A stretch of 44,361 nt of DNA from an uncultured Clostridiaceae bacterium (GTDB taxonomy: Bacteria > Bacillota > Clostridia > Lutisporales > Lutisporaceae), in NCBI GenBank assembly GCA_964568265.1, contig CAZMPR010000001.1, positions 19,338 through 63,698 of the forward strand, read 5' to 3'. Below, piece by piece: positions 1 through 10,338 of this stretch; position 1 is the first letter of the stretch; every line of letters starts with the position of its first letter. The notes under the pieces are model-generated. The model saw only the letters and a list, made by a program, of their open reading frames with translations. It did no database searches and was not told where the DNA came from. The translations under genes were made by a program, and so were the position numbers.

Positions 1-1
1 A

Positions 2-256
2 AAAATTGATAACCTATGTCATATCTCACATGCAGTAAAAATAAAGAGTAATGTTCTAATAGCAGCAAATGCAAATATAGCTGGAAGGACACAAGTTGGC
101 AGCAATACATGGGTAGGACCTAATGTAATGATTTCTAATGGACTAATAATAAATGAGGATTGCCATATAGGGTTAGGTTCAGTAGTTGTTGCGAACCTGT
201 CTAAAGGAATGAAAGTATTTGGCAATCCAGCAAGAATATATGATAAAAAGAAATAA
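2..256 (+). CDS. LpxD-like hexapeptide-repeat N-acyltransferase, C-terminal fragment (5' end upstream of window)
   Basis: The frame is open from the window edge to TAA 254-256. Its translation ([84 protein letters not shown]) aligns position-for-position with the C-terminus of the 7656-8570 product ([12 protein letters not shown]...[14 protein letters not shown]). It is absent from the ORF track because it has no start codon. Confidence 0.8.
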   Translation, partial: KIDNLCHISHAVKIKSNVLIAANANIAGRTQVGSNTWVGPNVMISNGLIINEDCHIGLGSVVVANLSKGMKVFGNPARIYDKKK

Positions 257-275
257 AGAAGCAGGAGGTATAAAA

Positions 276-506
276 ATGAATGAAATAGAATTTCTTTCAA
301 ACATTGCAGAAATATTAGAAGTTGATGTTGAAGAAATAAATATGGAAACTGATTTTAGAAAAGATATTTCGTATTGGGATTCCTTAAAAGGATATTCGCT
401 TATTGTTATGTTAGATGACGAATATGAGACAAGCATGGAAGTGGAAGAATTCTTAAAAGCACAAACAGTAAAAGATTTATACCAATATGTAATAAAAGAC
501 AAATAG
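276..506 (+). CDS. acyl carrier protein-like, W-D-S-L class
   Basis: 77 aa. ATG 276 lies 7 nt after AGGAGG (263-268), so the 219 start in the ORF track is probably an upstream extension. YWDSLKGYSLIVMLDDEY resembles a carrier-protein Ser site and is paralogous to EWNSMTSLSLIVLADEEF in the 9434-9652 product. Confidence 0.7.
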   Translation: MNEIEFLSNIAEILEVDVEEINMETDFRKDISYWDSLKGYSLIVMLDDEYETSMEVEEFLKAQTVKDLYQYVIKDK

Positions 507-515
507 GAGTATAAA

Positions 516-1574
516 ATGAATATATCAAATATATCAGGAATAAAAATTGATGGCATCTATGCATGTATACCTAATGCAGAAATAGATAATAGAAATGCAG
601 GAAAAGAACTGTTCGGTAAAAGTATTGAAGATTTAATAAAATCAACAGGAATAGAAAAAAGGAGAATCTGTTCAAAAGATACCACCGGATTAGATTTATC
701 TATAAAAGCAGCAAAAAGTTTGTTTATGGCTGATGATATAAATCCTATGGAAATCGGTGGGGTTGTATATGTTACTTTTACACCGGATAATTTAATGCCT
801 AACAACTCTACCTATGCACAAAGCGAACTAAAGCTACCGAATAATATACCGGCTTTCGATATCAACCTTGCTTGCTCGGGATATCCATATGGACTATGGA
901 TATCAGCAATGATGGCAAAAAACTTAAATAAAAAGATTTTACTATTAGATGGAGACAAGCAAAGTCATATAACATCACCCTATGACAAAGGGACAGCACT
1001 TCTCTTTTCGGATGCAGGAAGTGCTACTATACTTTCGCCTGATAATACCGAAAGCCAATGGCAGTTTGTATTCGAAACTATAGGATCAAAAAGAGAAGTT
1101 TTATACATAGAAGATGGGGGAGCTAAAAAACCTATAACAAATGATAGTTATTTATATAAAACCTATAACGATGGAAATAAAAGAAGAAATATTGATATAA
1201 AAATGGATGGGCTTGAAGTATTTAAATTTGTTGCTCAAGGAGTAAAAAAGAATCTGACAGAACTATTAAATAATGCGGATAGGAAACCTGAAGATTTTGA
1301 TTTTTTGATACTACATCAAGCCAATCTATATATGATGAAACAACTATGCAAAAAACTATGCTTTCCATTGGAAAAGATGCCAATAACAGCAGATAAATAT
1401 GGCAACTCCAGCTCATCCACCATACCAGTAGTTATGGCATCAGAACTGCAAAAGCCTGTACAGGAAAAGGAACTTAATCTTCTGATGTCTGGATTTGGTG
1501 CAGGTTTATCTATAGGCTCAGCAATAATAGAATTGAAAAAAGGCACAACATTAGGGGTAGTTGAATATGAATAA
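516..1574 (+). CDS. 3-oxoacyl-ACP synthase III (FabH-like KAS III), cassette A
   Basis: 352 aa with the contexts of a FabH-type Cys-His-Asn triad: DINLACSGYPYGL, ILHQANLYMM and YGNSSSSTIP. A GGAG ribosome-binding site lies upstream of the ATG. Confidence 0.85.
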   Translation: MNISNISGIKIDGIYACIPNAEIDNRNAGKELFGKSIEDLIKSTGIEKRRICSKDTTGLDLSIKAAKSLFMADDINPMEIGGVVYVTFTPDNLMPNNSTYAQSELKLPNNIPAFDINLACSGYPYGLWISAMMAKNLNKKILLLDGDKQSHITSPYDKGTALLFSDAGSATILSPDNTESQWQFVFETIGSKREVLYIEDGGAKKPITNDSYLYKTYNDGNKRRNIDIKMDGLEVFKFVAQGVKKNLTELLNNADRKPEDFDFLILHQANLYMMKQLCKKLCFPLEKMPITADKYGNSSSSTIPVVMASELQKPVQEKELNLLMSGFGAGLSIGSAIIELKKGTTLGVVEYE

Positions 1575-2313
1575 AAAGATAATAGTTACGGGTGCATCAA
1601 GTGGTATAGGAAAAAGAACTGCACAAATGCTTATGGACGAAGGATACAAAGTAATACTCACGGCAAGAAATAAAGAAAACCTGATGGAAACAATAAAAGA
1701 CTACCCCATCGAATTGTATGAAATAATACCATGGGACTTATCGGACATTGATTCTTTGCCGCAATACGCAAAAGAAGTAAATGAAAAAGCAGGCCCCATA
1801 TCGGGCTTAGTTCACTGTGCAGGTATACAAATTACCGTGCCTTTGCACTTGATAAACAAGAAAAGACTCATAGACATATTCAATATAAATACCTTTGCCG
1901 CAATAAACTTAGTAGGACTGTTTTCTAAAAGGAAATATTATGTAGAAAACAAGGCTTCCTTTATATTGATATCATCAATAGCAGCTCACGAAGGCGCTAA
2001 TGGTAAATCAATATATGCAGCATCAAAAGGTGCTTTGGAAGGATTTTTATACTCTGCTGCCGCAGAATTAATGGACAAAGGTATAAGGATGAATATTATC
2101 GTCCCCGGCATGATAAAAACAAATATGAATGAAGAATTCTTTAAAAACCTAAACAAAGAGCAAAAGGAAAATATAAAAAATAATTATCCGCTAGGATTTG
2201 GTGAAAGTGAAGATATAGCAAATATGATAATGTATCTCTTAAGTAAAAAATCAAAATGGATAACGGGGCAAAAATTTATTATAGATGGAGGACATTTATC
2301 AAGAAAAATATAG
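1567..2313 (+). CDS. short-chain dehydrogenase/reductase (FabG-like ketoreductase)
   Basis: Contains VTGASSGIGKRTA (TGxxxGxG), YAASKGAL (YxxxK) and IVPGMIKT. ATG 1567 overlaps the KAS III stop; TTG 1561 is the alternative start given in the ORF track. Confidence 0.85.
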   Translation: MNKKIIVTGASSGIGKRTAQMLMDEGYKVILTARNKENLMETIKDYPIELYEIIPWDLSDIDSLPQYAKEVNEKAGPISGLVHCAGIQITVPLHLINKKRLIDIFNINTFAAINLVGLFSKRKYYVENKASFILISSIAAHEGANGKSIYAASKGALEGFLYSAAAELMDKGIRMNIIVPGMIKTNMNEEFFKNLNKEQKENIKNNYPLGFGESEDIANMIMYLLSKKSKWITGQKFIIDGGHLSRKI

Positions 2314-2323
2314 GAGGTACCAC

Positions 2324-2629
2324 ATGGAAAATAAAAAAGATAAAATATACGAAATAATAATAGAAATACTAAAAGAATTTGCTGAAGAAAAAGAATTGGA
2401 AGTATTGGAAAAACCGGATAAGTCCACTAATCTATATGGTTCTGACGGTACTTTAGATTCTCTTTCTTTAGTTAGATTGGCAGTAGAACTGGAAGAAGCC
2501 ATAAGCGATGAATTTGGTAAAGACGTATCCATAGTAGACGACAGAGCTATGAGCCAAAAAAGGTCCCCTTTTAAAACTGTTGGAAGCCTAATAGATTACC
2601 TTATGCTTCTTTTAGAGGAGGAAGAATAA
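2324..2629 (+). CDS. acyl carrier protein, canonical DSL class
   Basis: 101 aa. ATG 2324 follows AGGAGG. DGTLDSLSLVRLAVELEE is a canonical phosphopantetheine-attachment motif. The 2285 start in the ORF track overlaps the SDR and lacks a ribosome-binding site. Confidence 0.8.
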   Translation: MENKKDKIYEIIIEILKEFAEEKELEVLEKPDKSTNLYGSDGTLDSLSLVRLAVELEEAISDEFGKDVSIVDDRAMSQKRSPFKTVGSLIDYLMLLLEEEE

Positions 2630-3319
2630 TTGGTTACAATAATCACAGGCACAAGAAAAGGAATTGGAAGGTTTTTGGCTGAATACTATCTTGAAAAAGG
2701 TCATGTAGTAGTAGGATGTAGTAGAACAGAATCGGATTTGGAGCACGATAATTATAATCACTTTATTATGGATGTATCCGATGAAAAGCAAGTAAAAAAC
2801 TTAGTAAAAACAGTATACAAAAAATACGGAAAGATAGATAATTTAATTAACAATGCAGGCATAGCAATGATGAATCATATTATTTTAACATCTGCATCTG
2901 CAGTACAAAGAGTTTTCGATACTAATTACCTTGGAACTTTTATCTTTACAAGGGAAGTTTCGAAGATTATGATGAAAAAAAGTTATGGAAGGATAGTAAA
3001 CTTTTCTACTGTTGCTGTACCTATACACCTTGACGGAGAAGCTGTATATGCATCCTCAAAAGCAGCTATAGTAGAATTAACAAAAATAGCAGCAAAGGAA
3101 TTAGGTAGCTATGGTATAACAGTAAATGCTTTAGGACCTACTCCCATCAAAACAGATCTTATAAAAAATGTACCTGAAGATAAAATAGAAAGACTATTAA
3201 ACTATCAAGCCATAAAAAGGTTTGGCGAATTTGGAGACATTGCAAATATCATAGATTTTTATATAAATGAGAAAAGTAATTTTATTACAGGACAAACAAT
3301 ATATCTTGGAGGACTTTAA
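2630..3319 (+). CDS. short-chain dehydrogenase/reductase
   Basis: A TTG start directly follows the ACP TAA stop. Motifs present: ITGTRKGIGRFLA, YASSKAAI and NALGPTPIKT. Confidence 0.8.
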   Translation: MVTIITGTRKGIGRFLAEYYLEKGHVVVGCSRTESDLEHDNYNHFIMDVSDEKQVKNLVKTVYKKYGKIDNLINNAGIAMMNHIILTSASAVQRVFDTNYLGTFIFTREVSKIMMKKSYGRIVNFSTVAVPIHLDGEAVYASSKAAIVELTKIAAKELGSYGITVNALGPTPIKTDLIKNVPEDKIERLLNYQAIKRFGEFGDIANIIDFYINEKSNFITGQTIYLGGL

Positions 3320-4666
3320 ATGCATTGGTTTATAGAGAATTTTAAAAAATATGAAGACAGAGAAGCAATTGTATATAATGAAAATATCTTTACCTATGGA
3401 ATGCTAATGGAGGAAATAGGAAAAGCAAAAGAGTATATTAAGCAAGAAAAAGTAAGGGAATATGAAGCTGTAGCTATTATCGGAGATTATTCTTTTCAGG
3501 CTATAGCTATGTTCTATGCCCTCGTAGAGAACAAAAATACTATAGTACCAATTACTACGAAGATAGAAAAAGAAATAGAGTCGAGAATATATGAAGGCTA
3601 TGTAGATAAAATAATAAGAATTATAGACAGCAAATATATGATAGAAGAAGCTAAGAATAAAAGGTTGGAGAAACATGATCTTTTTAACATACTAAAAGAA
3701 AGAAAAAGCAGCGGTTTAATCCTTTTTTCTTCAGGCTCAACAGGAAAACCCAAAGCTATGTTAGAAGACTTAGACTTAATACTGTCTAATTATAAAGAAG
3801 GAAAAACCTCCGTTAGAACTTTAGTCTTTTTAATGTTCGATCATATAGGCGGGGTCAATACTATGTTTCATATACTATCTTCTGGTGGATGTATGATAAT
3901 ACCACCATCAAGAAACGCAGAAGATGTAATGAAAATTATTGAAAAATTTAAGGTAGAAATACTACCGACATCTCCAACATTTTTAAACCTTTTGCTTATA
4001 TCAGAAGCATACAAAAATAAAGATCTAAGCTCATTAAAAATTATATCCTATGGTACAGAACCAATGCCTCCTATCGTACTAAAGAGAATACATGAAATAT
4101 TTCCAAATGTTAAACTTAAACAAACATATGGTCTTAGCGAAGTAGGGATATTAAGCACAAAATCAAAATCCCCTGATTCTTTATATATGAAAATAGGCGG
4201 AGAAAACTTTGACTATAAAATAATAGACAATGAACTATATATAAAATCGGAAATAGCTATGTTAGGCTATCTAAACGCACCTAATCCTTTTACAGATGAT
4301 GGATGGTTTCCTACCGGTGACACAGTAGATGTTGATAATGAAGGATATATAAGGATATTTGGCAGGCTAAAAGAATTTATAAATGTGGGAGGACAAAAGG
4401 TACTGCCCATGGAAGTTGAAGGAGTAATATTAGAAATTGAAGAAGTAAAGGATGCAATGGTAAAACCGGAGAAGAATCCAATAATGGGAGAAATGGTTAT
4501 TGCGGACATATCTTTAAAAGGAATATATGATAAAAAAGAAATAAAAAGAAAGATACTGAACCATTGCAAAGATAGATTGGAAGATTATAAAGTACCTATG
4601 AAGGTTAAATTTGTTGAAGAAGTTGAATTTGGTGAAAGATTTAAAAAAATAAGAAGCAAAGCATAA
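3320..4666 (+). CDS. AMP-dependent synthetase/ligase (short acyl-ACP/CoA ligase type), cassette A
   Basis: 448 aa with adenylate-forming motifs LFSSGSTGKPKA, TYGLSE, GWFPTGD and GRLKEFINVGGQKV, plus a C-terminal Lys-rich tail. The ATG abuts the preceding TAA. Confidence 0.85.
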   Translation: MHWFIENFKKYEDREAIVYNENIFTYGMLMEEIGKAKEYIKQEKVREYEAVAIIGDYSFQAIAMFYALVENKNTIVPITTKIEKEIESRIYEGYVDKIIRIIDSKYMIEEAKNKRLEKHDLFNILKERKSSGLILFSSGSTGKPKAMLEDLDLILSNYKEGKTSVRTLVFLMFDHIGGVNTMFHILSSGGCMIIPPSRNAEDVMKIIEKFKVEILPTSPTFLNLLLISEAYKNKDLSSLKIISYGTEPMPPIVLKRIHEIFPNVKLKQTYGLSEVGILSTKSKSPDSLYMKIGGENFDYKIIDNELYIKSEIAMLGYLNAPNPFTDDGWFPTGDTVDVDNEGYIRIFGRLKEFINVGGQKVLPMEVEGVILEIEEVKDAMVKPEKNPIMGEMVIADISLKGIYDKKEIKRKILNHCKDRLEDYKVPMKVKFVEEVEFGERFKKIRSKA

Positions 4667-4685
4667 AAAACAGGTTGGTGAATAT

Positions 4686-5564
4686 ATGGACAAAGTAGGA
4701 CTCCTATTCCCCGGTCAAGGCTCTCAATATATTGGTATGGGAATAGACTTATATAAAGAAATACCAAAAGCAAAAAAGCTTATGGATAATGCTAATGAAA
4801 TACTTGGATTTGATATAAAATCTATAATATTTCATGGCCAGGAAGAAGAAATAAAAGATACAAAAATAGCTCAGCCTGCAATATTTATAGTATCTGCAAT
4901 GTATTTTGAAAAGTTTAAACAAATGGATAAGAACTATGAAATAGTTGCAGGTCATAGTCTTGGAGAGTACACTGCCCTATACGCTGCAGGTGTTATAACT
5001 TTTGAAGACGGGCTAAACCTAGTCCGAAAGAGGGGCTTGGCAATGAGTGAGATGGACTCATTAGGCACTATGTATGCAATAATGGGAATTGGTATAAAAG
5101 AGATAGAAAATCAATTAATAGGCTTGGGGGATAAAGTAGTAATAGCAAATATTAATTCAAAAAGTCAGATAGTAATATCGGGCTATAGTGACGAAATATT
5201 AGAAGTAGCTGATGCCTTATCCAAAATAGAAGGCTCAACGATAAAACAGCTAAATGTAAGTGGTGCTTTTCATAGCCCTTTAATGGGACAAGTGGAAAGT
5301 ATTATGGGCAAGGAAATAGACCAAGTAAATATGGCGACACCAAGAGTCGAAGTAATACCGAATGTTTTAGGTTATGGCACTAAGGATATAGATGCCATTA
5401 AAGAATCTTTAAAAAGACAAGTTGTAGGTAAGGTTAATTGGCTTGATACAATTTTATATATGAAGAACAAGGGTATAGAAAAACTATATGAAGTGGGACC
5501 GGGCGATGTGCTTACAAAGCTGAATAAAACAATTACATTTAGACCTAAGTGTATGGGGTTTTGA
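4686..5564 (+). CDS. fabD: malonyl CoA-ACP transacylase, copy 1
   Basis: 292 aa with FPGQGSQYIGMG, the active-site GHSLGEYTALYAAG, and VSGAFHSPLM. Confidence 0.9.
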   Translation: MDKVGLLFPGQGSQYIGMGIDLYKEIPKAKKLMDNANEILGFDIKSIIFHGQEEEIKDTKIAQPAIFIVSAMYFEKFKQMDKNYEIVAGHSLGEYTALYAAGVITFEDGLNLVRKRGLAMSEMDSLGTMYAIMGIGIKEIENQLIGLGDKVVIANINSKSQIVISGYSDEILEVADALSKIEGSTIKQLNVSGAFHSPLMGQVESIMGKEIDQVNMATPRVEVIPNVLGYGTKDIDAIKESLKRQVVGKVNWLDTILYMKNKGIEKLYEVGPGDVLTKLNKTITFRPKCMGF

Positions 5565-5578
5565 TAGGGGGAAATATA

Positions 5579-6910
5579 TTGGAAAATCATAAATACACGA
5601 AAGAAAACCTTCTAAGAAAAATCAAAGAAAAATCAGCCATAGTAGCAGTAATCGGACTTGGCTATGTAGGTTTGCCTCTTGCAGTGGAAAAAGCAAAGGC
5701 TGGCTATAAGACCATCGGCTTTGATATCCAAGAATCAAAAGTAAAAGCAATAAACGAAGGACATAACTATATAGGTGATGTGGTAGATACAGAACTTGAA
5801 GACTTAGTAAAAAGAGGTTTGCTATCCGCAACAAATGATTTTTCCATAGTAAAAGATGCAGATTTTATAGCAATCTGTGTACCTACACCTTTAGACGAAT
5901 ACCAACAGCCGGATATCAGCTATGTAAAAAATTCGGCTATAGAAATAGCTAAGTATTTAAAAGAAGGGGCTATAGTAGTGTTGGAAAGCACTACCTATCC
6001 CGGCACCACGGAGGAGCTGCTATTGCCTATATTGGAAGAAGGTTCGAGCTTAAAATGCGGACAAGACTTCTACTTAGCTTTTTCACCGGAGAGGGTAGAC
6101 CCGGGCAACCTTATATATAAGACTAAGAACACTCCAAAAGTAGTAGGAGGCGTAGATAAAGACTCAACAGAGATTGCCGCGGCTATGTATAGAAATGTTT
6201 TGAATTCAGATATATTTGAAGCCTCATCTCCAAAAGTAGCAGAAATGGAAAAAATCTTGGAAAACACCTATAGAAATATAAATATTGGCTTGGCAAATGA
6301 AATGGCTATAATATGCCACAAGATGGGCATAAATGTATGGGAAGTAATAGATGCTGCAAAGACGAAACCATACGGCTTTCAAGCCTTTTATCCCGGCCCC
6401 GGATTGGGAGGGCACTGTATACCCTTAGATCCTTACTATTTATCCTGGAAAGCAAGGGAATACAGCTATCATACGCAACTGATAGAAACCTCCGGGATAA
6501 TAAATGATAGTATGCCGGCTTATGTAATAGAAAGAGCAAGTAATATTTTAAATAGATTTAAAAAGCCGCTGAACGGTTCCAAGATACTTATCTTAGGAGT
6601 AGCCTATAAACAAGATATAGATGACTATAGAGAAAGTCCGGCACTTAAAGTAATAGAATTATTTGAAAAAGAAGGAGCCATAGTTGATTACTACGACCCA
6701 CAAATAAAAGAATATACATATAAGGGCAAAGCTAAAGAAGGAAAGGAAAAATTGACAAAAGAATTGCTGAAGGAAGCAGATTTAGTGGTAATAACAACAA
6801 ACCACAGCACCGTTGATTATAGCTTTGTCCAAAAGCATTCTCAATATATATTCGACACTAAAAATGCCATGAAAGCTATCGAATATAGAGAGAATATAGA
6901 ATTGCTGTAG
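5579..6910 (+). CDS. nucleotide-sugar 6-dehydrogenase (UDP-GlcNAc/UDP-ManNAc dehydrogenase family, WbpA/WecC-like), copy 1
   Basis: Contains the Rossmann motif VIGLGYVGLPLA and the catalytic-Cys context GLGGHCIPLDPYY. TTG 5579 lies 7 nt after AGGGGGA (5565-5571). The GTG 5549 start in the ORF track has no ribosome-binding site and overlaps fabD. Confidence 0.85.
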   Translation: MENHKYTKENLLRKIKEKSAIVAVIGLGYVGLPLAVEKAKAGYKTIGFDIQESKVKAINEGHNYIGDVVDTELEDLVKRGLLSATNDFSIVKDADFIAICVPTPLDEYQQPDISYVKNSAIEIAKYLKEGAIVVLESTTYPGTTEELLLPILEEGSSLKCGQDFYLAFSPERVDPGNLIYKTKNTPKVVGGVDKDSTEIAAAMYRNVLNSDIFEASSPKVAEMEKILENTYRNINIGLANEMAIICHKMGINVWEVIDAAKTKPYGFQAFYPGPGLGGHCIPLDPYYLSWKAREYSYHTQLIETSGIINDSMPAYVIERASNILNRFKKPLNGSKILILGVAYKQDIDDYRESPALKVIELFEKEGAIVDYYDPQIKEYTYKGKAKEGKEKLTKELLKEADLVVITTNHSTVDYSFVQKHSQYIFDTKNAMKAIEYRENIELL

Positions 6911-6921
6911 GAGTAAGAAAT

Positions 6922-7659
6922 ATGGATTTTACTTATGATGCATATATAGAATTAATAAAGATTTTGAAATCGAACAGCTATAAATTTGCAAATTATAAGA
7001 ATTATAAAGAAATATCAAGGCTGGTAATATTTAGACATGATATCGATAATTCCATAGAAAAAGCATTAAAGATAGCAAGGATAGAAAATGAAAACAATGT
7101 GAAATCAACGTACTTTGTCCTATTATCAACTAACTTTTATAATATTTTCTCTAAAGAATCAAATGAAATGCTAACTGAAATAATGGAATTAGGTCATGAA
7201 ATTGGCTTGCATTTTGATGAAAAACGATATGAAATAAAAGATGAAGTAGATTTAGAAAAATATATAGAATATGAAAAATCTATATTGGGAAAAGCAGTAG
7301 GCACAAAAGTATGCACCGTCTCAATGCATAGACCATCAAAATGGATTTTGGAAAATGATATACAGTTTAAAAATGTCATAAATACATATTCAAAAACATT
7401 TTTCAATGAATTCAAATATCTATCCGACTCAAGGATGCATTGGAGAGAAGATGTATTAGGGATAATAAATAGCCGTAAATATGATAAATTGCATATCTTA
7501 ACTCATCCTTTTTGGTATGATGAAGGCGAAGGAGACATAAAAGAAAGAGTAAGCAAATATATAAATAATGCTAATAAAGAAAGATATAATTATATGAAAG
7601 ACAATATAAGAGATATTGAGGAAATTATGAAGACGGAGACGGAGGTGGGTATTGAATGA
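6922..7659 (+). CDS. polysaccharide deacetylase-like (CE4/NodB-type) protein
   Basis: 245 aa. [10 protein letters not shown] and [11 protein letters not shown] resemble the metal/catalytic motifs of NodB-homology deacetylases. The assignment rests on motifs only. Confidence 0.5.
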   Translation: MDFTYDAYIELIKILKSNSYKFANYKNYKEISRLVIFRHDIDNSIEKALKIARIENENNVKSTYFVLLSTNFYNIFSKESNEMLTEIMELGHEIGLHFDEKRYEIKDEVDLEKYIEYEKSILGKAVGTKVCTVSMHRPSKWILENDIQFKNVINTYSKTFFNEFKYLSDSRMHWREDVLGIINSRKYDKLHILTHPFWYDEGEGDIKERVSKYINNANKERYNYMKDNIRDIEEIMKTETEVGIE

Positions 7660-8570
7660 AACTTCCCATAAGTGATATACTGAACTTCCTTGATAAAGCA
7701 AATATTGGGTATGACTTTGCCGGAAGAAAAGATATAATAATATCAAAATATACTTCAATAAAAAATGTAGAAAGAAACACAATAACTTGGATAAAAAACA
7801 AAAAATTTTACGATGAAAGTTCTATAAAAAAACAAAGCGAAATTCTATTAGTTGTTAAAGACGATATAGAAATTGATGCAAATGTATTAGGAAATATAGG
7901 GATTATAAAAAGCGACAATCCAAAAGAAACATTTTTTTCAATATTGAACAATTTCTTTTCAAAAGATAAAGCCAAATCCTTTGTATCAAACACTGCCGTA
8001 GTTAATACTAAAAATATCGGAGAAAATGTTTATATAGGACACCACACTTTTATAGATGATGAAGTTGAAATAGGAAATAATGTGATAATTAAAAATAATG
8101 TATCAATAGAAGGCAAAGTGAGAATAGGAGACAACACAATAATTCATTCAGGAGTGGTTATTGGTACAGATGGATTTGGATATTATAAAAATGAAGATGG
8201 ATTAAACTTGAAGGTTCCTCATTACGGGGGGGTTGTGATAGGCTCTGATGTAGAAATAGGAGCAAACACTTGTATAGACAGGGGGACGTTGGATGATACG
8301 ATAATAGGGGATAATGTGAAGATAGATAATTTGTGTCAGATAGCTCATAATGTTATGATAAAAAGAAATACTTTAATAGCTGGGAACACGAGTGTAGCAG
8401 GGAGTACAATTATAGGGGCAAACACTTGGATAGGCTCATCATCAATATCTAATGGATTAGTTATTGGAGAGAATTGTTATATAGTAATGGGATCTGTGGT
8501 GATTTCTAATGTGCGCGATAATAAGAAAGTGTTTGGAAATCCTGCAAGAGTGTATGATGGAAATGAATAA
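7656..8570 (+). CDS. LpxD-like N-acyltransferase (N-terminal LpxD-type domain + left-handed beta-helix)
   Basis: 304 aa. Hexapeptide repeats run from about residue 105 ([38 protein letters not shown]...). The catalytic-His context is [24 protein letters not shown]. The ATGA start overlaps the upstream stop. Confidence 0.8.
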   Translation: MKLPISDILNFLDKANIGYDFAGRKDIIISKYTSIKNVERNTITWIKNKKFYDESSIKKQSEILLVVKDDIEIDANVLGNIGIIKSDNPKETFFSILNNFFSKDKAKSFVSNTAVVNTKNIGENVYIGHHTFIDDEVEIGNNVIIKNNVSIEGKVRIGDNTIIHSGVVIGTDGFGYYKNEDGLNLKVPHYGGVVIGSDVEIGANTCIDRGTLDDTIIGDNVKIDNLCQIAHNVMIKRNTLIAGNTSVAGSTIIGANTWIGSSSISNGLVIGENCYIVMGSVVISNVRDNKKVFGNPARVYDGNE

Positions 8571-8647
8571 ATTAGCTAATAGAATAAAAGCAGGTGTATA
8601 ATGTAGAATATAAATACAGACGAGTATTACAAAAGGTGGTGTAGTTC

Positions 8648-9406
8648 GTGATTAACCCAATGGATTTAACCAGCAAACATATATTGATAACCGGAGCATC
8701 ATCCGGAATAGGCAAGGCAACCGCTATTCACCTAAGCAAATTAGGAGCTAAATTATCCCTAATCGCAAGGAATGAGGTAAGGCTTAAAGATACTCTAAAT
8801 CAATTGGGCGGAGAAGGACATTTTATTTATCTTGCTGATTTAAAAGAAATACAAAAAATTGAAAGTTTAGTAGGCGAAATAGTGAATGGCAGTGGTCCAC
8901 TTGATGGATTAGCACATTGTGCAGGTATAGCTACTATGAGGCCGTTAAGTATGACAAATTCTGAATTTTTGCATGATATGATGCTGATAAACTTTTATTC
9001 ATTTGTTGAATTAATAAGATGTGCATCTAAGAAAAATAGGTTTAATAAAGGTGCAAGCTTTATTGGAATGTCGTCTATAGGCAGTAAATATGGAGATAAA
9101 TCAAAAACAGGCTATTGTGCATCAAAAGCCGCTATAGATTCAGCCGTTAGATGTATGGCAAAAGAATTGGCATATAAAGAGATACGAGTAAATACAGTAG
9201 TTGCAGGGCTAATAAAAACGGATATGTACGATAGCTTTATTGAGACAGCAGGAGAAGAATCTTTAGCATTGAATGTATCGACCAATCAGTATTTTGGGAT
9301 AGGAAAACCGATTGATGTTGCTAATGCTATAGCCTATTTACTAAGTGATGCTTCAAAATTTATAACAGGGACAGGCTTCGTAGTAGATGGTGGCTTTTTA
9401 TCATAA
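8648..9406 (+). CDS. short-chain dehydrogenase/reductase
   Basis: The GTG start follows AAGGTGGTG. Motifs present: ITGASSGIGKATA, YCASKAAI and VVAGLIKT. Confidence 0.85.
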   Translation: MINPMDLTSKHILITGASSGIGKATAIHLSKLGAKLSLIARNEVRLKDTLNQLGGEGHFIYLADLKEIQKIESLVGEIVNGSGPLDGLAHCAGIATMRPLSMTNSEFLHDMMLINFYSFVELIRCASKKNRFNKGASFIGMSSIGSKYGDKSKTGYCASKAAIDSAVRCMAKELAYKEIRVNTVVAGLIKTDMYDSFIETAGEESLALNVSTNQYFGIGKPIDVANAIAYLLSDASKFITGTGFVVDGGFLS

Positions 9407-9433
9407 AAAATATAATACTTGGAGGTAATAATA

Positions 9434-9652
9434 ATGACAAATAAAGAAAAGATCGAAATGTTGGAAGAAATCATGGAATTAGATGAAGGAAGTCTAAAAG
9501 AAGATACTGTTCTAGATGATTTAGCGGAGTGGAACTCAATGACTTCTCTTTCTTTGATAGTATTAGCGGACGAGGAATTTGATAAAAAGCTGACCGGTAA
9601 ACAGATTAAAGAATTCAAAACGACAAAAGATATTATTGATTATTTGAGTTAG
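9434..9652 (+). CDS. acyl carrier protein-like, W-N-S-M class
   Basis: 72 aa. ATG 9434 follows GGAGG (the TTG 9419 of the ORF track contains that ribosome-binding site). EWNSMTSLSLIVLADEEF is paralogous to the 276-506 product. Confidence 0.7.
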   Translation: MTNKEKIEMLEEIMELDEGSLKEDTVLDDLAEWNSMTSLSLIVLADEEFDKKLTGKQIKEFKTTKDIIDYLS

Positions 9653-9757
9653 GAATTGCATAAAGATACTATTTTAAAAAATAATAGAATCTTATTAAAA
9701 CGACTATTACATCTTATCTATGGAGAATATATGTTACTTTAACAGGTGTGTAAAAAG

Positions 9758-10276
9758 ATGATAAAACTATTTTTTTCTGGCTTTGCCAACCCCAAACAAT
9801 ATTCAAAAGAGTTCGTAACTAATATACTTGCAAGGGAGCTATGCTTAGATAAAAGAAAAATTATTATAGATACTACTCAATATGGAAAACCATATATAAA
9901 GAATCCTAAAGGTTTCTACTTTAACATATCACACACAAAAGATATTATAGTATGCGGATTATCAAATAGTCCTATAGGAGTAGATATCGAAAAGATCAAG
10001 CCTATAAAGAAAAAGATAGTAGAAAATTTTTTCAACCTGCATGAAAAAGTGTATGTTTACTCTGATTTAGAAAAAGAAAATGAGAGATTCACTGAAATCT
10101 GGACAAGGAAAGAAGCATATGTTAAATGGATTGGAAAAGGTATGGAAGTAGGATTTGATACATTTGATGTAATAAATGATATAAGAATAAAAACAATGCA
10201 TATAGATAACTATATTTTAAGTGTTTGCACTGATAAAATTAGTGATAAAAGTATTGTAGCATATATCATTGCATAA
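9758..10276 (+). CDS. 4'-phosphopantetheinyl transferase, Sfp type (short)
   Basis: Contains QYGKPY, FNISHT, GVDIEKI and WTRKEAYVKWIGKG. The start could be ATG 9758 or GTG 9746. Confidence 0.8.
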   Translation: MIKLFFSGFANPKQYSKEFVTNILARELCLDKRKIIIDTTQYGKPYIKNPKGFYFNISHTKDIIVCGLSNSPIGVDIEKIKPIKKKIVENFFNLHEKVYVYSDLEKENERFTEIWTRKEAYVKWIGKGMEVGFDTFDVINDIRIKTMHIDNYILSVCTDKISDKSIVAYIIA

Positions 10277-10338
10277 CTTTTAAGAAAGATTATTTAAGCG
10301 AATAATAAATGAAAGAATCATAAAATGTGGGAGGCTTT

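Larger units (their letters stand above)
4686..6910 (+). repeat. segmental duplication, copy 1 (fabD + dehydrogenase)
   Basis: Collinear with 13706-15930 at a constant 9020-bp offset. 5550-5700 and 6174-6765 are identical to their counterparts by direct line comparison. Confidence 0.95.

Noticed and set aside
19-556. Minus-strand track ORFs 19-300 and 179-556, and the many similar 60-130-aa minus-strand ORFs across the window
   Set aside because: They lie antisense to well-supported + strand genes, give low-complexity Ile/Leu/Phe/Ser-rich translations typical of AT-rich antisense frames, and have no ribosome-binding site.
5549-5578. GTG 5549 / ATG 14569 as dehydrogenase starts
   Set aside because: They have no ribosome-binding site and overlap fabD, whereas TTG 5579/14599 has AGGGGGA at ideal spacing. 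This is not fully excluded, because copy 2 does have an ATG there.
6224-6539. Antisense and alternate-frame ORFs that occur twice with identical sequence (6224-6415/15244-15435, 6306-6539/15326-15559, 6313-6507/15333-15527)
   Set aside because: Their recurrence is a by-product of the 592-bp identical tract in the duplicated dehydrogenase genes, not evidence of selection on those frames.
7656-8570. LpxD-like gene as evidence for lipid A biosynthesis (a diderm organism)
   Set aside because: The window has no lpxA, lpxC, lpxB, lpxK or kdt genes. The context is ACP/KAS III cassettes plus Wzy/flippase, and the copper-amine-oxidase-N-type secreted protein is typical of monoderm Clostridia.
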